A stretch of DNA of 64,000 bases from Stegostoma tigrinum (taxonomy: Eukaryota): the NCBI RefSeq assembly GCF_030684315.1, contig NC_081363.1, positions 47,443,540 to 47,507,539 on the forward strand. Reading direction: 5' to 3'. The stretch's first letter is position 1. Each line of letters opens with the position of its first letter. Positions 24,961-38,269 of the stretch are shown piece by piece. The position numbers and the translations under genes are program-made. Under the pieces are notes generated by a model. It ran no database searches, was not told the origin of the DNA, and saw only the letters and a list, made by a program, of their open reading frames with translations.

Positions 24961-26507
24961 AGAGTGTCGAGTTCTCATGAGATGCTCAACAGAATATGTA
25001 CAGATAAAGGTGAGAAGCTAATAAGCTCATAAGACATAGGAGTGGAAGTAAGGCCATTCGGCCCATCGAGCCCACTCCGCCATTTAAATCACGGCTGATG
25101 TTTTGAGTGTAGGTGACTCTTCATTAGAGCTCTGAAGAGTCATCCAGACTTAATTTTAGCTTGCTGTCTCTCCATAGATGCTGCCTGACCTCCTGTGATT
25201 TCCAGCATTTATTTTGTTTTCAGTACAGATTTTCAGCATCTGCAGTGATTTGTCCTACATTGCAGCATGCTCCCACAGGGAATGGTTGAGCCAAATAATA
25301 TAGGTGTGTTTATGGAGGTAGACAAGCATATGAGAAAGTTGATGATAGATTGTTGCCATGGTAGTTTTAAGGTGAGGGTTTCGTGAAGAATTTTCAAGCA
25401 TTGTATAAACACCACAATAGACTGGGTGACTGGCTTTTATCTGTGCCGCATATCCCAAGTAAAACCATTCCTGGCTTCCAAATCACCCTCTTCTAATCAG
25501 GGATTGCCATATGAACATTTGAAGCATAGCAATATGACACTGAGAATACAGGACAATGGGTTTAGTTTTGGTTGTTTTATTGAAGGGCAGACACAGATGT
25601 GACAGGCAAAATAGTTGATGTTGAAATCAACTACAGTGTTATAAAACTAATTATATTCGTACTCCTGCTCCAGTTGAGATAAATCTGAGCAGTCTAGGAT
25701 TAGAGCCTGTGATCTTGGTTGTGTGTATGATTCTGTCCTTATTTACTGAGCTGTTGGGCACCAAATAGTTTTAAATGTATTTTTTAAAATTAGGCATTTA
25801 ATTAGTGTATTGAGGTCGTCTTAGATTATCAAGAAACTTGACAGAGACTGATTTAGATTATTCAGGGGCTTGCTTCCATGTCTTTTTCCTTTTAAGTGGT
25901 TGTTTGAGTTTATATATAAACGCTAAAACTTGAATATTTTGAAATTACCAAAAAACACATCTCATGAATGCTATATTTGTTAAATTACTTATTTTGACCA
26001 TCATGGCCTTTAGAAGGTGGATGGGAGATTTAATCCGTTAAAACTGTTAAGAGTTGCTGTGAATCAGTTTGAGGCCTAACTGAGCAGCCTGGTGGTACCT
26101 TCTCTTTTGTGAGGAAGTATTTGGCCACCATTGTGATTAAGAAAAGATTTGGAGCTCATTGGTATGGATATCTGTAGGTAAAATCATGTTGTTGCATTAT
26201 GCATGATGGCTTCACAATTCTATTTCAACATAGGCATAGTTGCATTTCTAAAATGAATCCCTCTGCAGTGCTCACTTTGCACCCTGCCTTTATAAGTCTC
26301 CCAAAATCATTTGCAGCTATTTTTCCTTTGCCTGTCCACAAAGTTCACTTTTCTACTTAATGTTCATCTTTTTATTTAGTCCTGTAAAAACAGTTTTGTT
26401 TTCAGTGAAGGGCATATAATTTACTACCATTGCTCAGCAACTAGTTTTAGTATTTATCTCTCTCCCTTTATCCAAGAAGTTTCCAAATGCAGTTATTGCA
26501 GTTGTTG

Positions 26508-26689
26508 GGAACTGCAGATGCTGGAGAATCCAAGATAACAAAGTGTGGAGCTGGATAAACACAGCAGGCCAAGCACCATCTCACGAGCACAAAAGCTGAC
26601 GTTTCAGGCCCGAAACGTCAGCTTTTGTGCTCCTGAGATGCTGCTTGGCCTGCTGTGTTTATCCAGCTCCACACTTTGTTATCTTATAC
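26508..26689. mobile_element. Near-perfect palindromic Penelope-like element (family A) with 11-bp TSD
   Basis: Inverted arms of about 75 bp centred near 26609. Direct repeats TGCAGTTGTTG at 26497-26507 and 26690-26700. Confidence 0.85.
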
Positions 26690-27202
26690 TGCAGTTGTTG
26701 CTCTGTTTCTGCTTCTTATTTCTTCTTCCCATTTCTTTGCACTCCTCCTGTGAAACACTTCTTAATATAAACAACTGAAAATTTTGTCAAAAGCCCAATA
26801 ATTTAAAACATTTCAGTGTAAATACAAAAGTCAGTTAATACATATACATACACAAACAATACAATAAACAATTGATATGTATCATTTGTGGCACAGTAGA
26901 TGTGAAACCTGTTGAGAGAGTGATGCATTGATATCGACGGCATGTTTCACCAAATGCCTTCATGTTCAGCAAGGCATAAAATGTCTTTTTGAACGTCAGT
27001 GAATTATTTAGGGTGTCCTAAATTTATCTAGGAAACAAAAGTGACTGCATATGAAGTTTTTTGGAAATTTTTGCAATTGATTTAGCCGTTTGGCTCTGGC
27101 TGTTTAGCAAATGCAGTGATTAGTTTACAGTAATTGTACTACATATCAAGCTGTATTCTGCCTTTTTTATAAAGTTTATCTTGCTACATTTTAATTTCTC
27201 AG

Positions 27203-27598
27203 AGACTGTTTGTACCTGTTGATGAAACCAGTTTACCTGCACACCTGCCTTCAGAAACTAGCCTGGACAAAAAACTCCTGGAAAAATTTGGCACCACAGA
27301 AGAGCAGCTTGACTCTCAAAATGAAAGCAGCAAAGATTGTGTTGTGTGTCAGAATGCTGCTGTGAACTGGGTTCTGTTGCCCTGCAGACATGCCTGTCTA
27401 TGTGACTGTTGTGTGAATTACTTCAATCAATGCCCCATGTGCAGAGAGTTTGTTGCAGAATCTTTTGCCCTCTTACGAACAGAAGAAGAAGTTGGTGCAG
27501 TTAAAGGTGACACTGATAATCAGATATTTGAAGACATCTGGGAAGAATCAGATGAGGAAAACATTCATACTGATGTAAATGAACAGCTTGACCTTTAA
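27203..27598 (+). CDS. CGRRF1: CGRRF1 exon 6 (C3HC4 RING finger, stop codon)
   Basis: tttctcag acceptor, RLFVP...KDCVVCQNAAVNWVLLPCRHACLCDCCVNYFNQCPMCREFVAESFAL...EQLDL*. Total CDS 1074 nt = 357 aa. Confidence 0.95.
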   Translation, partial: RLFVPVDETSLPAHLPSETSLDKKLLEKFGTTEEQLDSQNESSKDCVVCQNAAVNWVLLPCRHACLCDCCVNYFNQCPMCREFVAESFALLRTEEEVGAVKGDTDNQIFEDIWEESDEENIHTDVNEQLDL

Positions 27599-27763
27599 TG
27601 AAAAAGGCAAATTAAATTTGGCACATACAGCTTTTACAATATCAAAGGTCTGTGTGCAATCCACAGGTATAAACCTTGATGAAGGATTATGTAAGATGTT
27701 TTGTAATTAAGTTATTTGCGACATCGTTATTTCTGAGTAGTTTAAAACAGGAATAACATTTAC

Positions 27764-27783
27764 GTGTGTGTGTGTGTGTGTGT
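27764..27783. repeat. (GT)10 microsatellite in CGRRF1 3' UTR
   Basis: Read directly from the sequence. Confidence 0.9.
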
Positions 27784-27817
27784 CAGTGGTGCGGGATTCA
27801 AAAGAATTATATTAACA

Positions 27818-27823
27818 AATAAA
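27818..27823 (+). terminator. CGRRF1: Candidate CGRRF1 polyadenylation signal
   Basis: First AATAAA downstream of the stop codon, about 220 nt away. Confidence 0.5.
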
Positions 27824-28374
27824 TCAATAGTTTAAACTTCTCCAGAAGCACAATAACATCTGTACAGCTTAACTTGAGTAAATTAGACTTTGACTTTTTT
27901 AAACATCAACTTATTCCTACACTATAAATTGTTTCAGGTTCTTGCAAGCTTTAGTGGTAATTATATTCAGATCTTCACTTCTGTTACTTTTTGTGGAACA
28001 AGTCATAACCTTTCTGTATCTATCTCAAAAATTTTCAGTGATTTATGCCTGTTTTTACAAAACTCATCATAACGGGACATTAATTTAAGGACCTGTTTAG
28101 AATTTTTTGTCTTAGTTTCCCAGCTACAGTCAGCCATGGTTTGAGAGTCTGGCAAGCAGGTAGGCCTTTGGCTTGGGAAGTGGAGAAGAGGGAGGAACTG
28201 TTAAAAAGTCTGGGTGTTTGGAGTAAAAATCAGAGACCTTCCTGGGGCAGACCAGAATGTTGTAGAGGAGATCACGCAAGTTAGTAGTAAATCAGGAGTT
28301 ATGATTGTGAGAGGTGGATAAAACAAATGACTTAAAGACGTTTGCTTTCCAGCAGTCCTCCCCACCTTTTAGTC

Positions 28375-30400
28375 AACAGATTCATAAAATGGTTACAGCG
28401 CAGAAGCACGTTAGTCAGTCTGTTGTATCAGTGTTGGCTTTACAAAGAACCAAATTACCCATTGTCTCACTGTAACCTTTTCTTTTGTAGCCTTGCAGAT
28501 TCTTACTTTTTTGGATAATAATTCAGTAGCATCATAACTGCATCAATCAACCCTGCCTCCAGCACACTCAGGCAGTACTTTCCAGATTCCAAAACCATTC
28601 CATATATGAGAATTTTTTTTTCATGGCTCTGGCGCTTTTGTTAGTTATCTCATTTGTACTCCTGCTCCCATTGACGGAAGGACCAAGAATATTTTTCCCA
28701 TCTATTCTGTAAGACCCCTCATGATTTTGTACGCTTCTACTGAAATTCCTCGCAAGCTTCTTCAACAGTCCCAAGCTGACTAGCCTATCTACATAATGAA
28801 GTTCCTCATCCCTGGAACCATTGTCATTAACAATTTCGACACTCTCTCTTGTGCACTAATGTATTTTCTGAAGCATAGTACCTACAACTGGATGCAGTAC
28901 TCCAGTTGACACCAAACTAGGGCTCCATACAAGCTTAATGTAACCTGGTAAAAACCAAAAGAACTGCTGGAAATCTGCTCCATTCTGAGGAAGGGTCACT
29001 ATGTCTGAAATATTAATTTCTCTCCACAGATGCTACCTGACCTGCTGAGCTTTTCCAAAAAGTTATTTTTGTTTAACATAACCTCCTTGCTTTTGCACTC
29101 TATGCTCTTTTTGATAAAACCATACGTTTTATGAACCACTCTCTTAACTGGCCCTGCTCTTTTCAAACACGTACCTACGCATACACTCAGCTCCTGCTGC
29201 TTCAGTACTCCTTTACAATTGTACCTTTTTTAAGGTTGTCTCTCCTCGTTCTTACCACTAAAATGGATTGCCCTGCAATTTTCCACTTGTCTGTCATTCA
29301 ATCAACTTGTTTATGTGTGCAAATTTATCCTCCTCACTGTCAGAAGTCACACGACATCAGGCTATAGTCCAACAGGTTTATTTGAATTGACAAGCTTTCG
29401 AAGCGTTGCTCCTTTGTCAGGCGATGCAACTTCACCTGACGAAGTAGTAGTGCTCCAAAAGCAAGTGATTACAAATAAATCGTTGGACTATAATCTGGTG
29501 TCATGTGACTTCTGACTTTGTTCACTCCAGTCTAAACCCAGCACGTCCACATCATGGCTCCTCAGTGTTGATAATGCTTTCAAAATTTATCATATTTGAA
29601 ATTATGCTCTATTCACCAAGGTCTGGACCATTAATGTATGTCCTGAAGAACAGTGCCCCTTACTCCTCCCTGGGGCACCTCATTACACATCTTCCTCCAA
29701 TCCAAATTGACTAATTATGATTGTTTCCAGTTTCTCAGCCAATTTTGTATCTACATCACTATGTTCCCTTTTTATTTCATGAGTCATAATTTCATTCATC
29801 CAGTGTAAAATCACATTATATTTATAAATCCGTATGCACTATGTCAGCAGCATTACCTTCATCAACCCTCTCTGTTGCCGCATCAATAAACTCCAGAAAG
29901 TTAGTTGAATGTAGTCTGCCTATAACAAATTTATGCAGGCTCTCGTTAATTAACCTGCATTAACCCAAATGATTAATTTCTCCTAAATTAATTGTTAGTG
30001 GAAGCTTTCCTGCTGTTAAGGTTAAACTGACTGCCCTGTAATTTCTGGGTTTGTCTTTTTATCATTTTTGTAACGGAGTGTAAGTTTTGCAATTTTCAGA
30101 CCTGTGGCACCATTCCCAAGTCTAAGGAAGCCAGGAGAATTGCGTCCAGTGTCTCTGTAATCTCCACTTGCGCTTCCCTCATGTATGCTTCAGCGTATTA
30201 TTGTACTTGGTCCTAGTAGCAAGTCAACAGTAATACAGTTAACCTATCCAGTGCTTTCATCTTAGAAATTTAAGATGGTTCAGGTGTATGAACTATCACT
30301 TCTTTTACCACGACTTGTGTGGATCATCTTCTTTGATTAACTTGGATGCAAAGTATTTTTAAAAATACCTCAGCTATGCACCCTACCTTCTAACCCACTC
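28375..30400 (-). mobile_element. Decayed CR1-like LINE with nested Penelope-like inserts
   Basis: Reverse-strand CR1 ORF2 remnants, interrupted at about 28947-29072 and 29341-29558. Confidence 0.65.
29341..29558. mobile_element. Palindromic Penelope-like element (family B) with two inverted degenerate hammerhead cores
   Basis: Inverted arms cagaagtcacacgacatcagg... / ...ctggtgtcatgtgacttctg. Cores CTGACGA..gctcc-aAAA (+, from 29436) and CTGACAA-aggagcaacgcttc-GAAAGCTT (-). TSD tcctcactgt / tcctcagtgt. Confidence 0.75.
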
Positions 30401-31324
30401 CTACTCTTAGCATCTATTTTACTATTTATATCCCTGTTGAAGGCTTTTGGATTCCCCTTGTGTTCACTGATGGTCTCTTTTCATTTCTTTTATGAAACAA
30501 AGACCTGTGAATGCTGCAGATCTGAAACAAAAACAGAAATTGCTGGAAAACCCAGCAGGTCTGGCAGCATCTGTGGGGAGAAGGCAGTGTTAACGTTTCA
30601 ACTCTTTATCAAAAGATTTTTTATTTGATTTTTCACTTTGTCTGAAGTTTATATATTTTAACCCTGTAGATTGTGTATTAGCCACCTGACATATATCATA
30701 AACATACTTTTTTCTTCATCTCTACTTTTTCATCCTTCAGAGCACTTTGAATTTGTTTGGCCTATTTTTCCCCTTGAAAATACACTATGCCTGTATTCAA
30801 ATCATCTCCAGTCAACTTGTACCCATTCCTGCCCTTCTTCGAATCAGGTCTCTGATATAGCCAGGATGTCATATTTCCACATGGCATTCCTTGTCTGCTT
30901 TCTTACTAATCTTGTTTACTGAGAGAAATGCACTCTCATGCATGCATAGTAACCCTAATGAGGACTTGATTACCTTTTCCCCCAATCTAAACCCATGTAA
31001 TACCTCTTTCCTATTGCAATCTTTCTCCTCCAGAATTCTGTACATCTTGGTGTTTCTCTCTGATGTTAGCTGCTGTCAGTCCAGTCATTATCCTATTAAA
31101 CTTCCTTTAAGAGTACTAGCAAGTTGTCCCTCAAGCATATCTGTTAGGTGCACCTTGCCTGTACGTCTTTTATGTTTGCCCCAGAATTTAATCTCAATGT
31201 TCCAGGAATCACACGGTGCTCTTATCCAGTGTTTCCAGCTGTTGGCACGTTTGTATTATCTTCCAATTTCTATATTCACTTGTGCACAAACTGGTAATAG
31301 TCTGTAGATTACCACTTGCATGGG

Positions 31325-31790
31325 TACATATGAATTAGGGTCAGGTGTAGGCCATTCTGTCCCTCGAGCCTACAGTGCCTTTTGACAAGATTGTAGCTGA
31401 TGTGATCGTAACCTCAACCCTACTTTCCCTTTTGACTTCCTATTACTCCAGTAAATAAGCATCTCTGCCTCACTAATATTTAATGATGCAGTCTCTCCTA
31501 CTGTCTGGGAAAGAGAATTAAACAAACTCCTGTCCCTCAGTGAAAACATTTCTCTTCTTTTCAGCCTTAAATGGGAGACTCCTCTCATTTTAAACTGTTC
31601 TGTGGTTCCTATTTCACCCACAAGGAGAAAACACCTTCTAGCATCCACCTGGTCAAGTTCACTGGATCATGTGTGTTTCAGTACGATCACCCTCCGAAAA
31701 TCCAATAGATGCAGGTCCAATCTTCCACCCACCCCCGCAATCCCAGGAATCAGTCAAGTGAACATTCTGTGAAATGCTCCGATCTGAATC
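31325..31790 (-). mobile_element. CR1-like LINE 3' fragment
   Basis: ORF 31370-31648 resembles the CR1 ORF2 C-terminus and 3' UTR. Confidence 0.6.
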
Positions 31791-32473
31791 AATTTTGATG
31801 ATGAGTCACTCAACCTGAAAAGTTAACTCTGTTTTGCTGTGCACAAATGCTGCCTAACCTGCTGAAATTTTAAAATAAATTTTGTTTTTCATTTAAAATT
31901 TCCAGTATTGCAATATTTTGCTTTTGCTTTTAGCACCTTAAATTTGATTATTGCACTGGATTTCCCCCACAATTGTTCTGCCTATATCATTGGTACCAAT
32001 GTGGACCAGTGGCTCTCGCTGTTTACCAGCTTGGCCCTCTGCAACCACTGAATGACATACTTGATCCTCGTACCAGGAAGACAATATACTATGCTGGATT
32101 CAGTTGCTCAAGACTCATGGCTGCAGCAAGGTTGATCTGGATATTTTATTTTCCTTTTGTTTCTGTTTCTTTAACTTCTGCTTTTGTTTTTAATTCTGAC
32201 TATTGTATTCTAAGGTGGTGCTGGAGGGTGGTTGCTGTGTACACTTTTCACTGTACTCCTGTACTCTGGAACATGTGACAATAAAATCTGATCAAATCAA
32301 GCAGTCAATTTGAGCATGCTGCCTAAATATAAGGCACACTGCTTCTTTCCGGCCCACTTTTGTTAAAGCCAGATAATAGATATTTAATATTTTCACAGGT
32401 TTTCAGGAGCTAAATTTCCCTCATTTATTTCTGAATTTTGAGAGTCTGTAGTGCTGTGATGCAATGCTGCTCA

Positions 32474-32476
<3 letters not shown>

Positions 32477-32532
<56 letters not shown>
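32477..32532. repeat. (TG)23(TA)5 microsatellite
   Basis: Read directly from the sequence. Confidence 0.95.
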
Positions 32533-34344
32533 CTTTTAAAAATGAATTTATATTTTATGAACCATGGGTAATTAGTCTCTGTTTATTACCATCATTTAGC
32601 CAATACTGACAGCTAAGAAAGTGGGTTCTTTGAAATTGTAATATAGGTCAACATTCCAACAGAATAGTAAACATATGGTGCATATCTTACGATTTTTATG
32701 CCAAGCTATGGATTACTTGTACAGTGCCTGAAATGTAACATCAGGTTTTCTAGGTAGTCTCATGGAAAAAAAACTGAACACTAAGTTTCCTTTTTATACA
32801 TCATATACAGTTATATTTCTATTTCCACTTCCAAGTTACTCTAATACCTCCTTTTTAAAATACACACAGCTTCATTAATCATTTTAAAATTGTAACTCCT
32901 CGGTTGTTTAGCAGTACTGTTTTGATATTGATTCTCAAGGGTGTTAACTTTCAAGACAAAAATGTGTAATTTTATTTGATTGCCCACAGTAGGACACATT
33001 AAATGCACAGAGTTCATTTTGCCTTATGCTTCCGGGAAATGTTGAGGTTTTGCTATGTAAGTGTATTTTTTTACAACAAAAGCAACACAATGATTGGAAT
33101 TATAAGTAGGAGCCTTGAATGAAAACAGATCAAAGGTTATTAACCATCCAGATCACTCAGTACAACCAATTACAGCTGTAGCTCCATACATATCACTGGG
33201 TTTTCTTTGCAGACTGTAATGAGGAACAGTCTTGAGCATCTCCTGACATTCAATAATTGTTCTGTAATGACCAGAATATTCAAGATGTCAAGACAAATAA
33301 GTTTGCTATTTTATATTTTAAGTGATCATGATAATTATAACATTTCTCATCTGAAGAAACAAAACAAATTGGAGAATGCTATAAATAATTAATCATCTGG
33401 TAAGCAACACATTTGAATATTAATTTTCCAAGAGAAATCCCATTTATAGCTATCTTCTATTTTTCAGAGATTTCTAGTTCTACTGCTTACTTGCACCGCT
33501 CAATATGTTGGGTTTTTATGAAATGCTCAAGGTTTGTGAAAAGGATGATCTGGCTTTAGTCAGGTTCTCATATGTTTAGAAATCCGTGTGCTGTCCATCA
33601 AATAACTTGTACAGGAGACCTGTCATACTATCTCAAAAAGATTGAAGTCTACCTTTTCTGTGTGGAGTTCAGCCTATTTGTGTGTAAAGTGTAATTACTT
33701 ATTGCATTGATGGGCTGTAAATACCAGTGGGATAGTTTGGTCCTCTGTCAGCCTGAGCACTGCTCTTCTGAACAATTACTTTGAAGGATCCAGATTGATA
33801 GCTGTTCTGAGACTAATGAAGGGAGTCGGAGCATAAAGTCTCATTTAGGTTTATCTGCTAACATGTATTGAAAGCAAAATAAAATCAGCAGTTGTGCCCG
33901 CAATGGTATGGCATTTCAATTTCTGGCTAAAGTACCTGAAACACCTCAACTACAGGTCATTGTTAGCCCTTTTCGTCTACAGGCCCACCTAAGGCAACTT
34001 TCACAGCTAATTCCCATTGGCAAGCTGAGGACTTACTTTCCATGCCTACATGAATCCTTCCCCTACTCCTTTTAAATTGGTAAAGGAAGCTCTGCACACC
34101 TTTCAACAACAAAAGACCAAAGAGTTGGCAGAACTTTGTTTTTGTCAGCTTGGTCCAACAAAATCCAAAAAAAAGGGCTGGTCCTGAAATTAATAAAGTG
34201 GCTAAGATTGAATCCTGGTCCATTTCCAAAACACTGTAACAGTTTTTAGAGGTGAATTTCATTGTGAAAAGACAACTGTCCCTTTTATGTCAGTTACATA
34301 CAACTAGTACTTTTAATCTGTAAGGTTGACAAAGTGGGAGGCAA

Positions 34345-34645
34345 CGACCAAGTGCTATTTTCATGAAACTGTCATTCCAGAGACCTAAGTTTGAATCCCA
34401 TCTTGGCAGATGGTGAAATTTGAATTCAATAAAGATCTGGAATTAAGAGTATTGATGACAGTTGTCAGTTGTTGTAAAACCCAACCGGTTCGCAAATATC
34501 CTTCAGGGAAGGAAATTTGCCATCCTTACCTGGTCTGACCTACATTCAACTCAAGCCTCACAACAATGTGATTGACACTTAACTGGTCTCTTGGAAATTA
34601 GGACTGGGCAAGCCAACAATGCTGTCAATCCATAAATGAATTAAA
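34345..34645 (+). mobile_element. tRNA-derived SINE
   Basis: Homologous to 40008-40340 (gtttgaatccc B-box, gatggtgaaatttgaattcaataaa body). Confidence 0.7.
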
Positions 34646-35399
34646 ATGAAATGATCAAGTCACGTTATATCTAAAGTTTTAAAAACAACATTTCATGGTC
34701 AAAAAAACAGCCAAATTAGTTACATCACACAGACCAATTTAAAGAAAACCTACAGCTCTTTTTTTTCTAAGACTTCAATGCAACGTATATTTTGTTTCTC
34801 GAAGATTCTTCATTATCACTGTGTTTTGGATCTGTGCAGTAACGATTCTAAACTCTTTAAAACTAAAATCTTATAGATAACTGAATTTGGTCGGTCTCTC
34901 CTCAAAGTAAGCATTCCATGTCCCTTCTTCTGTTACTCCCAGACTTTAGGCCAAAACCCATAATAGTGTCTTGCAACTGCTTTCGTGGCACAAATTTCTG
35001 TGAATTCTTGTAATCAACTAAAATGGGGCCGCCTTATTCCAAGTGCTCTCTAGAGACTTCAGCACTATGTGAAAGAGCAGTTAGAGATGTTATCTTTCAG
35101 ATAAGAAATTAGATTGAGATTCTGTCTGAGTTTGACATAAAAGATCCCACAGCACTGTTTTGAAGAAGAGCAAAAGATTTCTAGCCAATAGTGTGATCAT
35201 TATTTGAGACCTCAACCAACTTGATTTGACAGTACATCCACCATCAATACACAGTAGCAGCAGTGTCTGCCATCTACAAGATGCACTGCAGAAATTTACC
35301 AAGGTTCCTTAGACAACACCATTTAAAATGACAACTTTCATCCAGAAGGACAGCAGATACAAAGGTATGGTACCACCTGCAAGTTCCTCCCTAAACCTC

Positions 35400-37830
35400 T
35401 CTTATGTAGCAAAAAAAAACTCACAAAGATAGATGTCGATCCATTACAGGCAGAGACATGAGAATGTATAATAGCAAATAGAGAAATGGCAGAGAAGCTA
35501 AATAAGTACAACGCATCTGTCTACAAAGAAGAAGTCACAAGAAGGCTTCCTCAAATAATTAAGATCCAAGGCTCTAGTGATAAAGTGGAACTAAAAGAAA
35601 ACAGAATTAGCAGAAATGTAATATTGGGGAAATTATTGGAAGTGAAGTTAACAAATCCCAGATCTTTTACACTAGAGTTTTGAAAGAGGCAGCAGAGATA
35701 GTGGGTGCAATGTCTCTAAAGCTTCTATTAATTCTGCAAGGGTGCCCGCTGATTGGAAGTTTGCTGATGTAACCACCCCTGTCCCCGCCAAGCATTGGCA
35801 GACCTATTAGCCTGACATCAATAAGAGGGAAAATACTTCAATCTATCTTAAAAGATGTTATCATTGAACATTAGAAAATAATTGCATGCACTGACTCAAA
35901 TCATGTTCAAAAAAACTGATAGAATTTGTTGATGTCGATGAGGTAGAACCAGTGAATGTGGTATATTTGTGCTTTCAGAAGATGTTTGATAAAGCCCCAC
36001 ACAGGAGGTTAGTAAACAAACTAAAGTGCATGGAAATGGAGGTGGTAATATCCGAGCATGAATAGAGGATTGATCAACAAGGAGAAAGAAGACAGTAGGA
36101 ATAAACAGGTCATTCTCAGGTTGTCTGATGTGCTCATAGGCTACCATAAAGATCAATGTTTGGGACCACACTGTTCACAATCTATATCAATGATTTCAAT
36201 GTGGAAACCAATTGTGATCATGCCAAGTTTGCGACTGATATAAAATGTGGAGGAAATATAAATTGTAAGGAAGATGGAAAGAAACTTCAATTGGCTTTAG
36301 TCAGCTGGTAGAGTGAGCAAGAACATGGGGAATAGAATATAATGCGGATAAATGCAAAATCAAACACTTTGGTAGGAGGAACAAAAGTATAAGGGAGATA
36401 GAGGGCTTGATGATGTGCTGCGATGAAAACAATCCGTCTCTCAATGTCAGCAAAACTAAAGAACTGATCATTGACTGCAGATAGAAAGGAGGAGTACATG
36501 CCCCCATCTACATTAATGGAACTGAGGGCGAAGAACATCAAGTTTGGAGTGACGATAACTGACAACCTGTTCTGGACTTGCCATGAACTTGCAACAGTCA
36601 AGAAGGCACAACAAAGCCTCTTCTCCCTCAGGTGGCTCAGGAAATTATGCATGTCCATAAGGCCCCTCACCAATTTTTTACAGATGCACCATTAAAAACA
36701 TATTGTCCAGGTGCATAATGGCCTGGTATGGCAACTGCAGAAGGTGGTGTGCGCTGCCCAGAGCATCATGGAAGCCAGCCTTCCATCCATGGACTCCATT
36801 TATATGGCTCGCTGCCGTGGAAAGGCAGCCAACGTCTTCATAGACCCTTTGCAACCTGGGAATGATCTCCCTCCATCAGGCAGAAGATACAGAAGCCTGA
36901 ACACGTGCACCAGCAGGTTCAGGAACAGCTTCTTCCAGTTGTTATCAGCCTGATGAATGGATTCTCTAACCTCAAATAATGATTGATCTTGCTAACATTG
37001 ATCTTGCCTACCACATGTCCTGCAATGTAATCTGTATGTCTCAAAGTCTTTTTTGATCTGTACATCCTTTGCATACTGTGATCTGTCGGTACCACTCGTA
37101 AACAAAGCTTTTTACTGTATTTCGGTACACGTGACAATAAATAAATCAATCAATCAAAACAGTGAGATATTGGAAAATGTTGATGTCCAAAAGGACTTTG
37201 GTGCCCTTGATCATAAGTCACAAAAAGCTATCATTTGCAGCAAGCGACTTGGAAAACAAGAGATTTTGAATATAGGAACAAAGAAGTTTCAATGGTCTAA
37301 AACACTGATGTGCAGTTCTAGCCCTCTAATCTAAGAAAATTTACACTTGCAATGGAGAGAATGCAGTAAGTTTCACAAGAATGATTATTCGGATTGTCCT
37401 TTGAGGAGATATTGAGGAGACTGGGTCTGTGTACTCTGGGGTTTAGAAGACTGAGAAAGTGGTGTCATAGAAACTTACAAAATTCTTAAAGGGTTTGACA
37501 GAATCAATTTAGAAAGGATGCTTCCTCTGTTTGTAGGGTCTAGAACCAAGGGAGACAGTTTCAGAATAAAAATAAAGCCATTAGAACCGAGATGAAGAGG
37601 AATTTTTCACGGAGAGCAAGGTGAATCTTTATAATTCTCAACTCCAGAGGGCTGTAGAAGCACAGTCATTATGTAATTTCAAGACAGATTGATCGATTTC
37701 TATATACTAATGACTTAAACAGATATTGGGATAGTGCAAGAATGTGGTGTTGACAAAGGTGAGCTGCGATGATCTAGAACGACCAGCAGGTTTGAGGGGC
37801 TGAATGACTACTACTCCTCCCATGCTTACC
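35400..37830 (+). mobile_element. CR1-like LINE (RT to 3' end) with nested Rex1-like element
   Basis: RT remnants (RPISLTS, FQKMFDKAPH, AKFA) and 3' end gagggctgaatgactactactcctccc, interrupted at 36390-37157. Confidence 0.75.
36390..37157 (+). mobile_element. Rex1-like LINE 3' fragment
   Basis: ENNPSLNVSKTKELIID, KKAQQSLFSLRWLRK and LPPSGRRYRSL..TSRFRNSFF motifs, ending in an aataaatcaatcaatcaa microsatellite tail. Confidence 0.75.
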
Positions 37831-38269
37831 CCCAATATTATTAGGCTTACAACTTTGCAAGGAAAATCCACTGTGTCAACATGTTCTGTATTGTCATCAC
37901 AATTAAACCTTGTTTTGCAGTTCAATCTGTTACAGGTAATGTTGATCTCATCATTTAGACTGATCTTAGTAATTTATTGTGTCAGGCATTTGTACGTTGC
38001 TATTTAAATTACTTTGGAAACATACTTGTGGCAAAATGAATCACAGATAATAGAAATGTAAGAATGTATTTTATGAGTTCATTTGCTGACAGGATATCCT
38101 GCAGGGGGCACCAGGAATCCAACTTGTCAATCAGCCATTCTATCCAATAGCCATATTCTCATTATATTGTTCAGTTCTAAAAATACAGCAAAGTTAATTG
38201 TGGGCTGTAATATTGTAAATTACAGTAAAGCCTACCAGTTGTATAGTTCCAATTCCTTTTTGTGAGTGG

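Noticed and set aside
26508-26689. miRNA precursor
   Set aside because: The hairpin is a multi-copy, TSD-flanked repeat and there is no evidence of a defined mature miRNA.
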